From positions 20,434 through 84,433 of the forward strand of contig CAXNJO010000015.1 of the NCBI GenBank assembly GCA_964202905.1: a stretch of DNA of 64,000 nucleotides, given 5' to 3'. This document shows, one piece after another, positions 1 through 9,585 of the stretch. The notes beneath the pieces were generated by a model. The model was not told the DNA's origin and ran no database searches. It saw nothing but the letters and a program-made list of their open reading frames with translations. A program made the translations under genes and the position numbers. Source of the stretch: Polyangiales bacterium (GTDB taxonomy: Bacteria; Myxococcota_A; Polyangia; Polyangiales; JADJQN01). Each line of letters begins with the position of its first letter. Within the stretch, counting starts at the first letter, position 1.

Positions 1-3000
1 GTCGCGCGTCGGCCCGATGCCCTGGCTCCCCGCGCGGGGCGTGCGCGCCGCCGACGTCACCGTCACCGCGCTCGGCGGCACCACGACGCACACGCGCCTC
101 ACCGCGGCCGACACCGCAAGCACCTTGATGCTTCGCGGCGAGCGGCCGCGCCTCGGCACCTTCGCCGCGGACACGCGCGAGGCGCTCCTCACCGCGCTCG
201 CGACGGGCGACACCGCGACGCGCGGCGCGCTCCGCGTCGCCATCACGGCCGACTCGGCCGCCGACTACACGCGTCGCCTCGAGCGCGCGCACGCCCTCGT
301 CGCGTCGGGTCGGCTCGACGGCGGCGGCACGCTCGCGGTGACGCTCGACGACGGCATCCACTACGGCTCAGGCACGCTCGAAGGCGAATTGTCGTTCGTC
401 TTCACCGGCGCCGCGGGCGCGTATCCCCACATGGGGCGCGACCTCGCGCTCGCCCTCCCCGAGCTGGTCGATCGCTTCGCCGCGCGCGCGGGCGCCGTGC
501 GCGAGGCGGCCGGCTGGGTCTACGGCGACGACCCCGCGCTCACGACGACGCCCGCCGACAAACTCTGGGGCGCCTCGTACCTCTGCCAGCTCCACGCCGA
601 GCTCACGCGCGGCCTCCTCGCGATGCGGCCAAGCGCGGCCATCGGCTACTGCTCGGGCGAGACCAACTCGCTCTTCGCGCTCGGCGCGTGGGGTGACCTC
701 GATGGATTCCGCGACGACATCGCCGCCTCGCTCGTCTACGAGCGCGAGCTGTGCGGTGAGCTGCGCTGCCTGAAGAGCGCCTGGCAGCTCCCGGAAGACG
801 CGCCCGCCGCATGGTCGACGTGGCGCATCCGCGCGACGGTGGCCGAGGTGCGCGCCGCGCTCGTCGACGAGGCACGCGTCCGCCTCGTGATCATCAACGC
901 CCCCACCGACGTGGTGATCGCCGGCGATCCGGAGGGATGCGCGCGTGTCGGCGCCCACTTCGGCCGCAAGGCTTCCCGCACGCCCGGCTACGACTTCATC
1001 ATGCATTGCACCGAAGCGCGCGAATACGAGTCGCGCTGGCGTGCGCTGCACACGCGCCCGACCGCCGACGTGCCCGGCGTGCGCTTCTACACGCACGCGA
1101 CGCTCAGCAGCTACGCGCCGACGCGCGAGGCCTGCGCGGACGCGCTCACCGGGCAGGCGATGAACACCGTCGACTTCCCGGCGCTCGTCGAGCGCGCCTA
1201 CGCGGACGGCGTACGCGTCTTCGTCGAGCACGGCCCGCACGCCGGCTGCACCAAGTGGATCGGCGAGGTCCTCGGCGACCGCCCGCACCTCGCGGTCGCG
1301 CTCGATCGCTACGGCCAGTCGTCGCTGCTGCTCGCCCTAGAGGCCGCCGCGCGCCTCTTCGCGGCCGGCGTCGACGTCGACACCGACGCGCTCGTCGCGC
1401 GTCTCGCGCCCGCCCCGGCGCCCGCGCTGGCCGCTTCGCCGGGCCGCCGTGCCCTGCCCCTCACGCTCCCCGCGCACCCCGACGCCATCCCCCCGCGCCC
1501 GCCCGCGCAGGAGACCAACGCACCGATGAACGACGATTCAGCCGAGTGGCTCCCGCCCGCCCCGCGCCTCGCCCCCACCCTCCACGCCGCGCCGCTCCCT
1601 GCGCGCCCCGCTGCCGCGAATCCCGTCCTCGCGGCAGCCCCGAGCCACGCGCCCCACACCGTGACCAGCGCATCGGTGAATGCGATTCTCCAGAATCCCA
1701 TTCTCGAGAATCCGATTCTTCCGAACCCCATTCTCCAGACACCGCCTCTCGCGGCGCCCACGCCGGCACCGCCCGCGACGACGCCCGTCGCGTACCCGGC
1801 GCAGGCCGCACCGTCGCTCACGGCGCTCCTCGCCGCGCAGCAGGTCCGCCTCGCCGAGCTGCACCAGGCCTTCCTGCGCCAGCAGGTCGCGGTGCAGTCC
1901 CACTTCACGTCCGTGACGCTCGCGCCGCTCGCCGCGTGGGTGCGCGCCGGCGGGTCCCTGCCCGCCGCGCCGGTGGCTGCAACACCCACGCTCGCGAATC
2001 CCACATTCGCGAATCCCACGTTCGCGAATCCCGCGTTCGCGAATCCCACATTCGCGAATCCCGCGCTCCCGGCGCCGACTCTCGCGGCGCCAACGCCCGT
2101 CGCGGCGCGTCCGGCTCCCAGCGTCCCCGCACCGGCCTCGTGGCCCCCCGCAGCGGCGAAACCCGCCGCGGCCGCGAGGCCCGCGACGCCCTCCCCCGCA
2201 GTCACGCCGCCCACCACGCCCAACGCTGCAGCGCCCAAGGCCGCGCCCGCGAAGGGTACCGCGCGCGACACCTTCACCACGCGCGTCACGCCGGCCCGCA
2301 CGCCGAACGGCCCCGCGTTCACGCGCGCGCAGCTCGAGGTGCTCTCGTCGGGCGAGATCTCCTCGGTGTTCGGCCCTCTCTTCGCGCAGCAGGACGGTTA
2401 CACCCGTCAGGTGCGCATGCCCGAGCCGCCGCTGCTCCTCGCCGACCGCGTCCTCGGCATCGAGGGCGAGCCCGGCACGATGGGCACGGGCACGATCTGG
2501 ACGGAGACCGACGTCACGCCGGGCGCCTGGTATCTGCACGAGGGCCGCATGCCCGCGGGCGTGATGGTCGAGTCCGGTCAGGCCGATCTACTGCTGATCT
2601 CGTGGCTCGGCGCCGACTTCCTCAACCAGAGTGAGCGCGTGTATCGCCTGCTGGGCTGCGAGCTCCGCAGCCACGGGCCGCTCCCCCAGGTCGGCGAGAC
2701 GCTGCATTACGAGATCTGCGTCGACGGCCACGCCGAGCTCGACGGCATCCGCATGTTCTTCTTCCACTACGACTGCTGGGTGAACGGCACGCTGCGGATG
2801 AGCGTGCGCGGCGGCCAGGCAGGCTTCTTCACCGACGGCGAGCTCGCGAACTCGGCGGGCGTGCTGTGGTCCGCCGAGACGGCCGAGCCCTGCGCGAATC
2901 CGCGCCTCGATCCGCCGGTCACGCTCTCGCCCAAGCGCGCGTTCTCCGCGGCGGAGCTCGACTCGTTCGTCGCCGGCCGCATCGGCGCGTGTTTCGGCCC

Positions 3001-4667
3001 CGGCTTCGAGCGCGCCGACACGCACACCCGCACGCCCGTGATCGCAGGCGGCAAGATGCGCCTGCTCGACGAGGTCACGCACTTCGACCCCGCGGGCGGC
3101 CCGTGGAAGCGCGGCTATCTGCGCGCGCGCCTCGGCCTCACGCCGGAGAGCTGGTTCTTCGCGGGGCACTTCAAGAACGACCCGTGCATGCCCGGCACGC
3201 TCATGCTCGAGGGCGGTCTCCAGGCGATGCAGATCGTGTTGACCGCGCTCGGCCACACGCTCGGCCACGACGGCTCGCGCTTCGAGCCGGCGCCCGACCA
3301 CACGTACAGCCTGCGCTGCCGAGGCCAGGCGACCCCCTCTTCCAAGGAGGTCGTCTACGAGATCTTCGTCGAGGAGATCCACGGCGGCGCGGTGCCGACG
3401 ATCTACGCCGACATCCTCGGCAGCGTCGATGGTCGCAAGGCCTTTCACTGCAAGCGCATGGCGCTGCGCCTCGTCCCCGCGTGGCCGCTCGACACGGGCC
3501 GCCTCGTCGTCGACGTCCCGGCGGATGAGCGCCCCGTCGCGGTCGTGGATGGTTTCCGCTTCGACTACGCCTCGCTGCTCGCCTGCGCCTGGGGCGCGCC
3601 ATCCACCGCGTTCGGGCCGATGTACGCGCGCTTCGACAGCCCGCGCCGCGTCGCGCGCCTGCCCGGGCCGCCCTATCACTTCATGTCGCGTGTCTCCCAC
3701 GTCGAAGGGCCGATTGGCGGCATGCAGGTGGGGAGTGTGGCCGTCATCGACTACGACGTCCCGCGCGGAGAGTGGTATGTCGAGGAGAACAACGCGCGCG
3801 CGATGCCCTTCGCGGTGATGCTCGAGACCGCGCTGCAGCCGTGCGGCTGGCTCGCTTCCTACGTCGGCGGCGCGCTCGGTTCCGAAGAGAACCTCTATTT
3901 CCGCAACCTCGACGGCACCGGCACGCAGCACCGCGAGATCCCCGAGGACATCGGGACGGTCACGACGACCACGCGACTCACCAACATCTCCACCGCCGAC
4001 AGCACCGTCATCATGAGCTTCGACGTCGTGATGCGCGCCGGCGACGAAGACCTCTACACGCTCAAGACGGTCTTCGGCTTCTTCCCCGGCGACACGATGG
4101 CCAATCAGGCGGGATTGCCGATGACGGCCGAATCCCGCGCGTCCGTCGCCGCGGAGAATGCCTTCGTCGTCGATCTCACCACGGACCCGGCGCCCTATTG
4201 CGAAGGTACCCTGTGCCTCGCGCGCGAGCGGCTGCCGCGTGCTCGATCGGCTCACCGGCTACTGGCCTGAAGGCGGTCGCGCAGGGCTCGGCCGCATGCG
4301 CGCCGAGAAGGCCATCGTCGCGGACCAATGGTTCTTCAAGGCGCATTTCTACCAAGATCCGGTGCAGCCCGGCTCCCTCGGCCTCGAGGCGTTGTTGCAG
4401 GCGCTCCAGGCGCTCGCCATCGCGCAAGGGCTCGGGGAGGGCCTCACGAATCCGCGCTTCGAGACGCAGGCCGCCGGCGTCACGATGCGCTGGAAATACC
4501 GCGGCCAGGTCATCCCGGAGAATCGCCTCGTCGTCGCCGACGTCGAGCTGACGGAGGTCACGCGCGACACGCGCGGCGTGCTCGTCGTCGGCGAGGGCTC
4601 GCTCTGGGTCGACGGCAAGCGCATCTACGAGGCCAAGGGCCTCGGCGTGCGCCTCGTCGGGGGCTGA
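1..4667 (+). CDS. pfa3: PUFA synthase subunit, Pfa3/PfaC-like (AT + FabA-type DH domains), 5'-partial, frameshift near 4235
   Basis: AT motifs FVFTG, GYCSGE, VFVEHGP; FabA-like DH motifs WFFAGHFKNDPCMPG and (next frame, 4158..4667 ORF) WFFKAHFYQDPVQPG; removing one base near 4235 joins the frames. Confidence 0.85.
1685..1740 (+). repeat. In-frame 15-bp tandem repeat (ILxNP), about 4 units
   Basis: attctccagaatccc/attctcgagaatccg/attcttccgaacccc/attctccagac. Confidence 0.85.
1994..2068 (+). repeat. In-frame 15-bp tandem repeat (ANPTF) x5
   Basis: gcgaatcccacattc-type unit repeated five times. Confidence 0.95.
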
Positions 4668-4684
4668 GGCACGGGGCGTCGGGC

Positions 4685-5383
4685 GTGCGGCCGCTGCGCC
4701 TCGACCCGACGCTCTTCCCGCCGTCCGTCACGGTGCACGCGCTCGCGCTCGATCCGCCCGCGGAATCGCAGCTCGCCGCCTTCGCGGACATCTCCCTCCC
4801 CCCGGAGCTCGCCACGGCGGTGATCAAGCGGCGCGTGGAGTACCTCGCCGGGCGGCACTGCGCGCGTGCCGCGCTGCGCGCGCATGCGCCTGCGCTCGCC
4901 GAAGCCCCGATCGCGCGCGGCCCCGATCGCGCCCCCGCATGGCCCGCCGGGGTCGTCGGCAGCATCACGCACACGGCGGGCTACGCGGCCGCGGCCGTCG
5001 CCCACACACACGCGCTGCGCGGCCTCGGGCTCGACCTCGAGCGCTGGGTGCGGCCGACCGCGCCCGCGAACCTCGGCGCTCACCTCGCGCGCCCCGGCGA
5101 GCTCGCGCAGCTCGTCGCGGAGAGCGGATGGTCCGAGGTCGAGGCGCTCACGCTGCTCTTCTCCGCCAAAGAGTCTCTGTACAAATGCCTCTATCCCGAG
5201 GTGCGGAGATACTTCGGATTCCACGACGCGACGATTGCCACGCTCGACACGGCAGCATGCCAGTTCGTCGCCCGCCTCGACGAGACGCTCACACCCGCAC
5301 TTCCCGCGGGCACGACGCTCGTCGGGCGCTTCGTGCGCTTCGAGGACGCCGTCGCGACCGCGCTGGTGCTCACACGCGATTGA
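4685..5383 (+). CDS. 4'-phosphopantetheinyl transferase, EntD-like
   Basis: KRRVEYLAGR, WPAGVVGSITH, GLDLE, FSAKESLYK; follows the PUFA synthase; GTG start is approximate. Confidence 0.9.
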   Translation: MRPLRLDPTLFPPSVTVHALALDPPAESQLAAFADISLPPELATAVIKRRVEYLAGRHCARAALRAHAPALAEAPIARGPDRAPAWPAGVVGSITHTAGYAAAAVAHTHALRGLGLDLERWVRPTAPANLGAHLARPGELAQLVAESGWSEVEALTLLFSAKESLYKCLYPEVRRYFGFHDATIATLDTAACQFVARLDETLTPALPAGTTLVGRFVRFEDAVATALVLTRD

Positions 5384-5404
5384 GACGCGGACTCCAGCGC
5401 CCCG

Positions 5405-6061
5405 TCACGCGCGGGCGAGCACGATTCGGAAGTCGCCGACCAGCCCACCGCCACCACCCGCACTGAGGGGGATGATGCGCGCCGGGTCGTCGGAGCCGCA
5501 GCCCGTGCAGCTGTCGTTCGGGGGCAGGTAGGGGTCGTCCGCGAAGTAGAGCTGCGTGGTGAGCGTTCGGTGGCCCGGCGCCGAGACGATGAAGTGGAGG
5601 TGTGCGGGCCTCCAGCCGGGGCCGTTGCGGTAGTTGCCGGGTCGGATCGTGTCGATCGCCCACGTCCCGTCCGCGGCGCTCGCGACCTGTCCGCGCAGGC
5701 GGAAGGGCTCACCCGGCTCGGTCGGCTCGTGGTACTGGCCGGACGCGTCGGCCTGCCAGATGTCGAGCGCCGCACCGACGAGCGGCGTCGAACAGTCGTC
5801 GCCCAGCACGATGCCGCCGAGCGCGATCCGCGTGCCGGCCTCACTCGCCGAGGCGATCGCCGCGCGCGAGGGCGCGCCCTCCCGGTGAAACGGACCGAGT
5901 ACATCGCGGGTCGTCGGGCGGCAGAGGCCCGCGTCCGAGGCGGCGCCCGCATCGAGGGGCGTGGGCCCGTCGCCCTCACTGCCGCACCCGCCGAGCACGT
6001 ACAGCCCGGTGACACCAACGGTTGCGCGGCCCAGCGCGGCGAGGAGCTGACGTCGATTCAT
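5405..6061 (-). CDS. Intradiol ring-cleavage dioxygenase-like protein with Tat/lipoprotein signal
   Basis: MNRRQLL...LGGC; GPFH, DIWQADASGQY, TIRPGNY, RPAHLH, TTQLYF. Confidence 0.85.
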   Translation of the reverse strand: MNRRQLLAALGRATVGVTGLYVLGGCGSEGDGPTPLDAGAASDAGLCRPTTRDVLGPFHREGAPSRAAIASASEAGTRIALGGIVLGDDCSTPLVGAALDIWQADASGQYHEPTEPGEPFRLRGQVASAADGTWAIDTIRPGNYRNGPGWRPAHLHFIVSAPGHRTLTTQLYFADDPYLPPNDSCTGCGSDDPARIIPLSAGGGGGLVGDFRIVLARA

Positions 6062-6241
6062 GGGCGCGAGGATAAGCCACATCGCGCGCGCGGAACCGCG
6101 TGGTCGTCGTTCGTCCCCCGCGGGAGGACGCGGGGGCCGGTGCGCGACCGGCCTTCCACACGAACGGAGCGCGCTCGACGTCCGCGCGCCGTCGCGGGCG
6201 CCGAGACGGGCGCACGCCGCGTCGATGCGGAACCCCAGACG

Positions 6242-6276
6242 AACGAAAGGCCCCGCAGGACATGTCCTGCGAGGCC
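6242..6276 (-). terminator. Probable intrinsic terminator of the RRM gene
   Basis: minus strand GGCCTCGCAGGACATGTCCTGCGGGGCC hairpin followed by TTTCGTT. Confidence 0.65.
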
Positions 6277-6346
6277 CCCCGCTTCACGAACCTTCGACGT
6301 TACCGCGATGCGGTGACGTCACGCGCCGGAGCGCGCTGGCGAAGGC

Positions 6347-6753
6347 TCAGTAGCCGCCGCGGCCGCCGCCGCCGCCGCCGCCGCCGTAACCACCGCCGCC
6401 GCCACGGCCGCCGCCGCCGCCCGCCGTAGCCGCCGCCGCCGCCCGCCGTAACCACCGCCGCCGCCGCCGCGGCCGCCGCCGCCGCCGCCGCCGCCGCGAT
6501 CCTCGCGCGGACGCGCGACGTTGACCTGGATGGTGCGGCCGTCGACGGTCTGGCCGTCGAGCGCTTGGATGGCCGCCTTCGCCTCGGCATCGCTCGACAT
6601 CTCGACGAACGCGAAGCCGCGCGACCGGCCGGTGTCACGGTCGGTGACCATCGACGCGCTGCTCACGTTGCCGTGCGCGGAGAAGAGGTCGCGGAGGTCG
6701 TCCTCGGTGGTGCGGAAAGAGATGTTGCCGACGTAGAGCTTGGTGTTCGCCAT
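6347..6753 (-). CDS. RRM RNA-binding protein with Gly-rich tail (indels in the GGC tract)
   Basis: RNP2 KLYVGNI, RNP1 RGFAFVEM; GGY-rich tail ends GGC TAC TGA at 6347. Confidence 0.9.
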
Positions 6754-6998
6754 GATGCTGATCCTTCTCGGAACGGACTGAGCTGCCTGTACTGGAACGT
6801 CCTAGGGAGCGAACCCGAGAAGTAAGCCGACGACCGGTGAGAGCGCCGAACTGGATCCTGCCGGGAGCGAACCGAAGAACGAGCACCCAACCTTGAGCGC
6901 GACCGCAGTGTTCGTCGTCGCCGCCGATTCCGCAACCCGACGCCGCGAGATGGGCCTGATGGGCTGGATTTTCAGCGCTTTTTGGCCATCCTTCGCCC

Positions 6999-7331
6999 GT
7001 GGCCGACGAAGACCGCTCCGAAGACGCCCAACGGGCTGCCGCCGAGGCCCGGCTCGCGACGGGCTCACAGCGTGCTGCGCGCCTCGATCCGGCCCTCCAC
7101 GAGCGCGCGGTCGCACAGATGCGCGAGGAGCAGGCCGAGGCCATCCGGCGACGCACGCTGTTCCGCTGGATCGCCGTGCCGTGCCTGATCGCGAGCCTCG
7201 CCGGGAGCCTGCTGCTCGACCGCTCCGAGCACGCCGTCCTCGCGTATGCGAGCGACCTCGTCGCGAGCGGCGCCGCGTGGGTGCTCTGGCGCTCGAACCG
7301 CGAACGGCTTCGCGATCTGCTCGGGCGCTGA
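6999..7331 (+). CDS. Small membrane protein, unknown function
   Basis: two hydrophobic segments; directly upstream of the Hsp70-family gene. Confidence 0.55.
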   Translation: MADEDRSEDAQRAAAEARLATGSQRAARLDPALHERAVAQMREEQAEAIRRRTLFRWIAVPCLIASLAGSLLLDRSEHAVLAYASDLVASGAAWVLWRSNRERLRDLLGR

Positions 7332-7355
7332 CGTCGCCGCGCGCTACACCACGGC

Positions 7356-8903
7356 GTGGCGCTCGGCATCGACTTCGGCACGACCCGCACGGTCGTCGCC
7401 TCCGCGGATCGCGGCAACTACCCCGTCATCACCTTCGACGCGGGGGGTGACGCGGTCGAGTGGTTCCCATCCGTCGTCGCCGAGCACGCGGGCGAACTGC
7501 GCTTCGGCTTCGAGGCGCTCGCCGTCGCCGGCGACGCGCGCTTCACGCAGGCGCGCTCGTTCAAGCGATTGCTCGCGGACGCGCGGCCCGATGGCACCGT
7601 GCGCATCGGCACGACGGAGCTCCCGCTCGGCGAGCTCGTCGCGCGCTTCCTCGCGGCGCTCGCGGTCGCCCTGCGCAACACGTCGAATCTCCCCGACGCA
7701 TGGCGCGATCGACCACGCCTCGAGGCCGTCGTCGCGACGCCCGCCAACGCCTTCTGCACGCAGCGCTTCCTCACGCTCGAGGCCTTCCGGCACGCGGGTT
7801 TCGACGTGCGCGCGATGCTCAACGAGCCCTCCGCAGCGGGCTTCGAGTTCTCGCACCGGCACGCGCGCACCCTCAACGGCCGGCGCGAACACGTCCTCGT
7901 GTACGACCTCGGCGGCGGCACCTTCGACGCCTCGCTCGTGCGGGTGAGCGGACGCCACCACGAGGTCGTCGCGACCGCGGGCCTCGGCGACCTCGGCGGC
8001 GATGACTTCGATCGCGTGCTCGCCGGCCTCGCGCTCGAGCGGCTCGGTCTCGACGCGGGCGCCCTCCCCCTCGGTGCGCTGCGCGCGCTCCTCGACGCAT
8101 GCCGCGACGCGAAGGAGCGCCTGCACGCGAGCTCGCGCCGCGTCGCGCTCGATCTCGAGGCGTGCCTCGGCGACGCCGCGCCGCAGGCCGAACTCTCACT
8201 GCCCGTCGCCGACTACTTCGACGCGTGCGCGCCGCTCGTCGAGCGCACGCTCGAGGCGATGACGCCGGTGCTGCGCGCCTTCCCCGACGCGGACGCCGCC
8301 GCAGACCCGACGGCCGGCGTCGCGGGCGTGTACGTCGTCGGCGGCGCGAGCGCGCTGCCCGTCGTGCAGCGCCTCCTCAAGACGCGCTTTGGCCGACGCG
8401 TGCACCGCTCGCCCTACCCGCACGCAGCCGTCGCGATCGGCCTCGCCATCGCAGGAGATGCCAGCGCCGGCTACGTGCTCGACGACCGCTTCTCGCGGAA
8501 CTTCGGCGTGTTCCGCGAGGCCGAGCGCGGCGGACGCGCGAGCTACGACGCGATCTTCACGAGCGACCAGCCCCTGCCGCGGCCCGGCCAGCCGCCCGTC
8601 GTCGTCGAGCGCACCTACCGCCCCGCGCACGACGTCGGCCATTTCCGCTTCTTCGAGTGCGCCACGCTCGACGCCGATGGCACGCCGCGCGGCATGCTCG
8701 CGCCGCTCACCGAGGTGCGCTTCCCCTTCGATCCCGGCCTGCGCGGCACCGGCCACGACCTCGCGGCGCATCCGGTGCGGCGCCTCGCCGGCGAGGGCCC
8801 CCTCACGCGCGAGCGCTACGCCTTCGACGAACGCGGGCTCGTGCAGGTGACGTTCACGGACCTCGAGTCCGGCTACGAACAGGCGACGACGATCGGCGCC
8901 TGA
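7356..8903 (+). CDS. Hsp70-family protein (non-canonical, short C-terminus)
   Basis: [37 protein letters not shown]. Confidence 0.9.
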   Translation: MALGIDFGTTRTVVASADRGNYPVITFDAGGDAVEWFPSVVAEHAGELRFGFEALAVAGDARFTQARSFKRLLADARPDGTVRIGTTELPLGELVARFLAALAVALRNTSNLPDAWRDRPRLEAVVATPANAFCTQRFLTLEAFRHAGFDVRAMLNEPSAAGFEFSHRHARTLNGRREHVLVYDLGGGTFDASLVRVSGRHHEVVATAGLGDLGGDDFDRVLAGLALERLGLDAGALPLGALRALLDACRDAKERLHASSRRVALDLEACLGDAAPQAELSLPVADYFDACAPLVERTLEAMTPVLRAFPDADAAADPTAGVAGVYVVGGASALPVVQRLLKTRFGRRVHRSPYPHAAVAIGLAIAGDASAGYVLDDRFSRNFGVFREAERGGRASYDAIFTSDQPLPRPGQPPVVVERTYRPAHDVGHFRFFECATLDADGTPRGMLAPLTEVRFPFDPGLRGTGHDLAAHPVRRLAGEGPLTRERYAFDERGLVQVTFTDLESGYEQATTIGA

Positions 8904-8950
8904 GCCGCACGAGCAGACCGCGCGCGGCGCGCGTGATCATGGAGGAGCGC

Positions 8951-9469
8951 ATGCCCTGGGTGATGGTCGACATCGAGGCGGACGGCCCGATCCCCGGTGA
9001 CTTCTCGATGGTCTCGCTCGGCGCGGTCATCGTCGAACCGGGCCTCGCGCGCACCTTCTACGGGCAGCTCCGCCCCATCTCCGAGCGCTGGATTCCCGCC
9101 GCGCTCGCGGTGAGCGGCCACACGCGTGACGAGACGCTCACCTTCGACGAGCCCGGCGCGGTGATGCAGCGCTTTTCCGAATGGCTCGCCCGCGAGTGTC
9201 GGCGTCAACCGCAGTTCATCTCCGACAACAACGGTTTCGATTGGATGTTCGTGTGTTGGTATTTCCACCACTTCACGGGCAAGAACCCATTGGGTTATTC
9301 ATCCGCGAATCTCGGCTCGTTCTACAAGGGACTCGTCAAGGACCCACGCCAGACCTTCCGCAAGCTCCGCCAGACACCGCACACGCATCATCCCGTCGAC
9401 GACGCGCGCGGCAACGCCGAGGCGATGCTCGCGATGGCCGACCTCGGCATCGCCTTCCGCTGGGATTGA
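8951..9469 (+). CDS. DEDDh 3'-5' exonuclease (RNase AS/Rv2179c-like)
   Basis: VDIEADGP, NNGFDWMF, HHPVDDA; GGAGGA RBS before ATG 8951. Confidence 0.8.
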   Translation: MPWVMVDIEADGPIPGDFSMVSLGAVIVEPGLARTFYGQLRPISERWIPAALAVSGHTRDETLTFDEPGAVMQRFSEWLARECRRQPQFISDNNGFDWMFVCWYFHHFTGKNPLGYSSANLGSFYKGLVKDPRQTFRKLRQTPHTHHPVDDARGNAEAMLAMADLGIAFRWD

Positions 9470-9477
9470 CGCGCCCA

Positions 9478-9499
9478 GACGGCCAGCCGGCTGGCTGTC
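9478..9499. repeat. Intergenic palindrome, copy 1
   Basis: GACGGCCAGCCGGCTGGCTGTC. Confidence 0.8.
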
Positions 9500-9585
9500 A
9501 CGGACCGTGCGTGACGGCGCGCTCCGTCCCCGCAGCGCCACCCGCGGCCCTTCGCGGGCGGCGCGCTCCGTGATAAGCGTATCGG

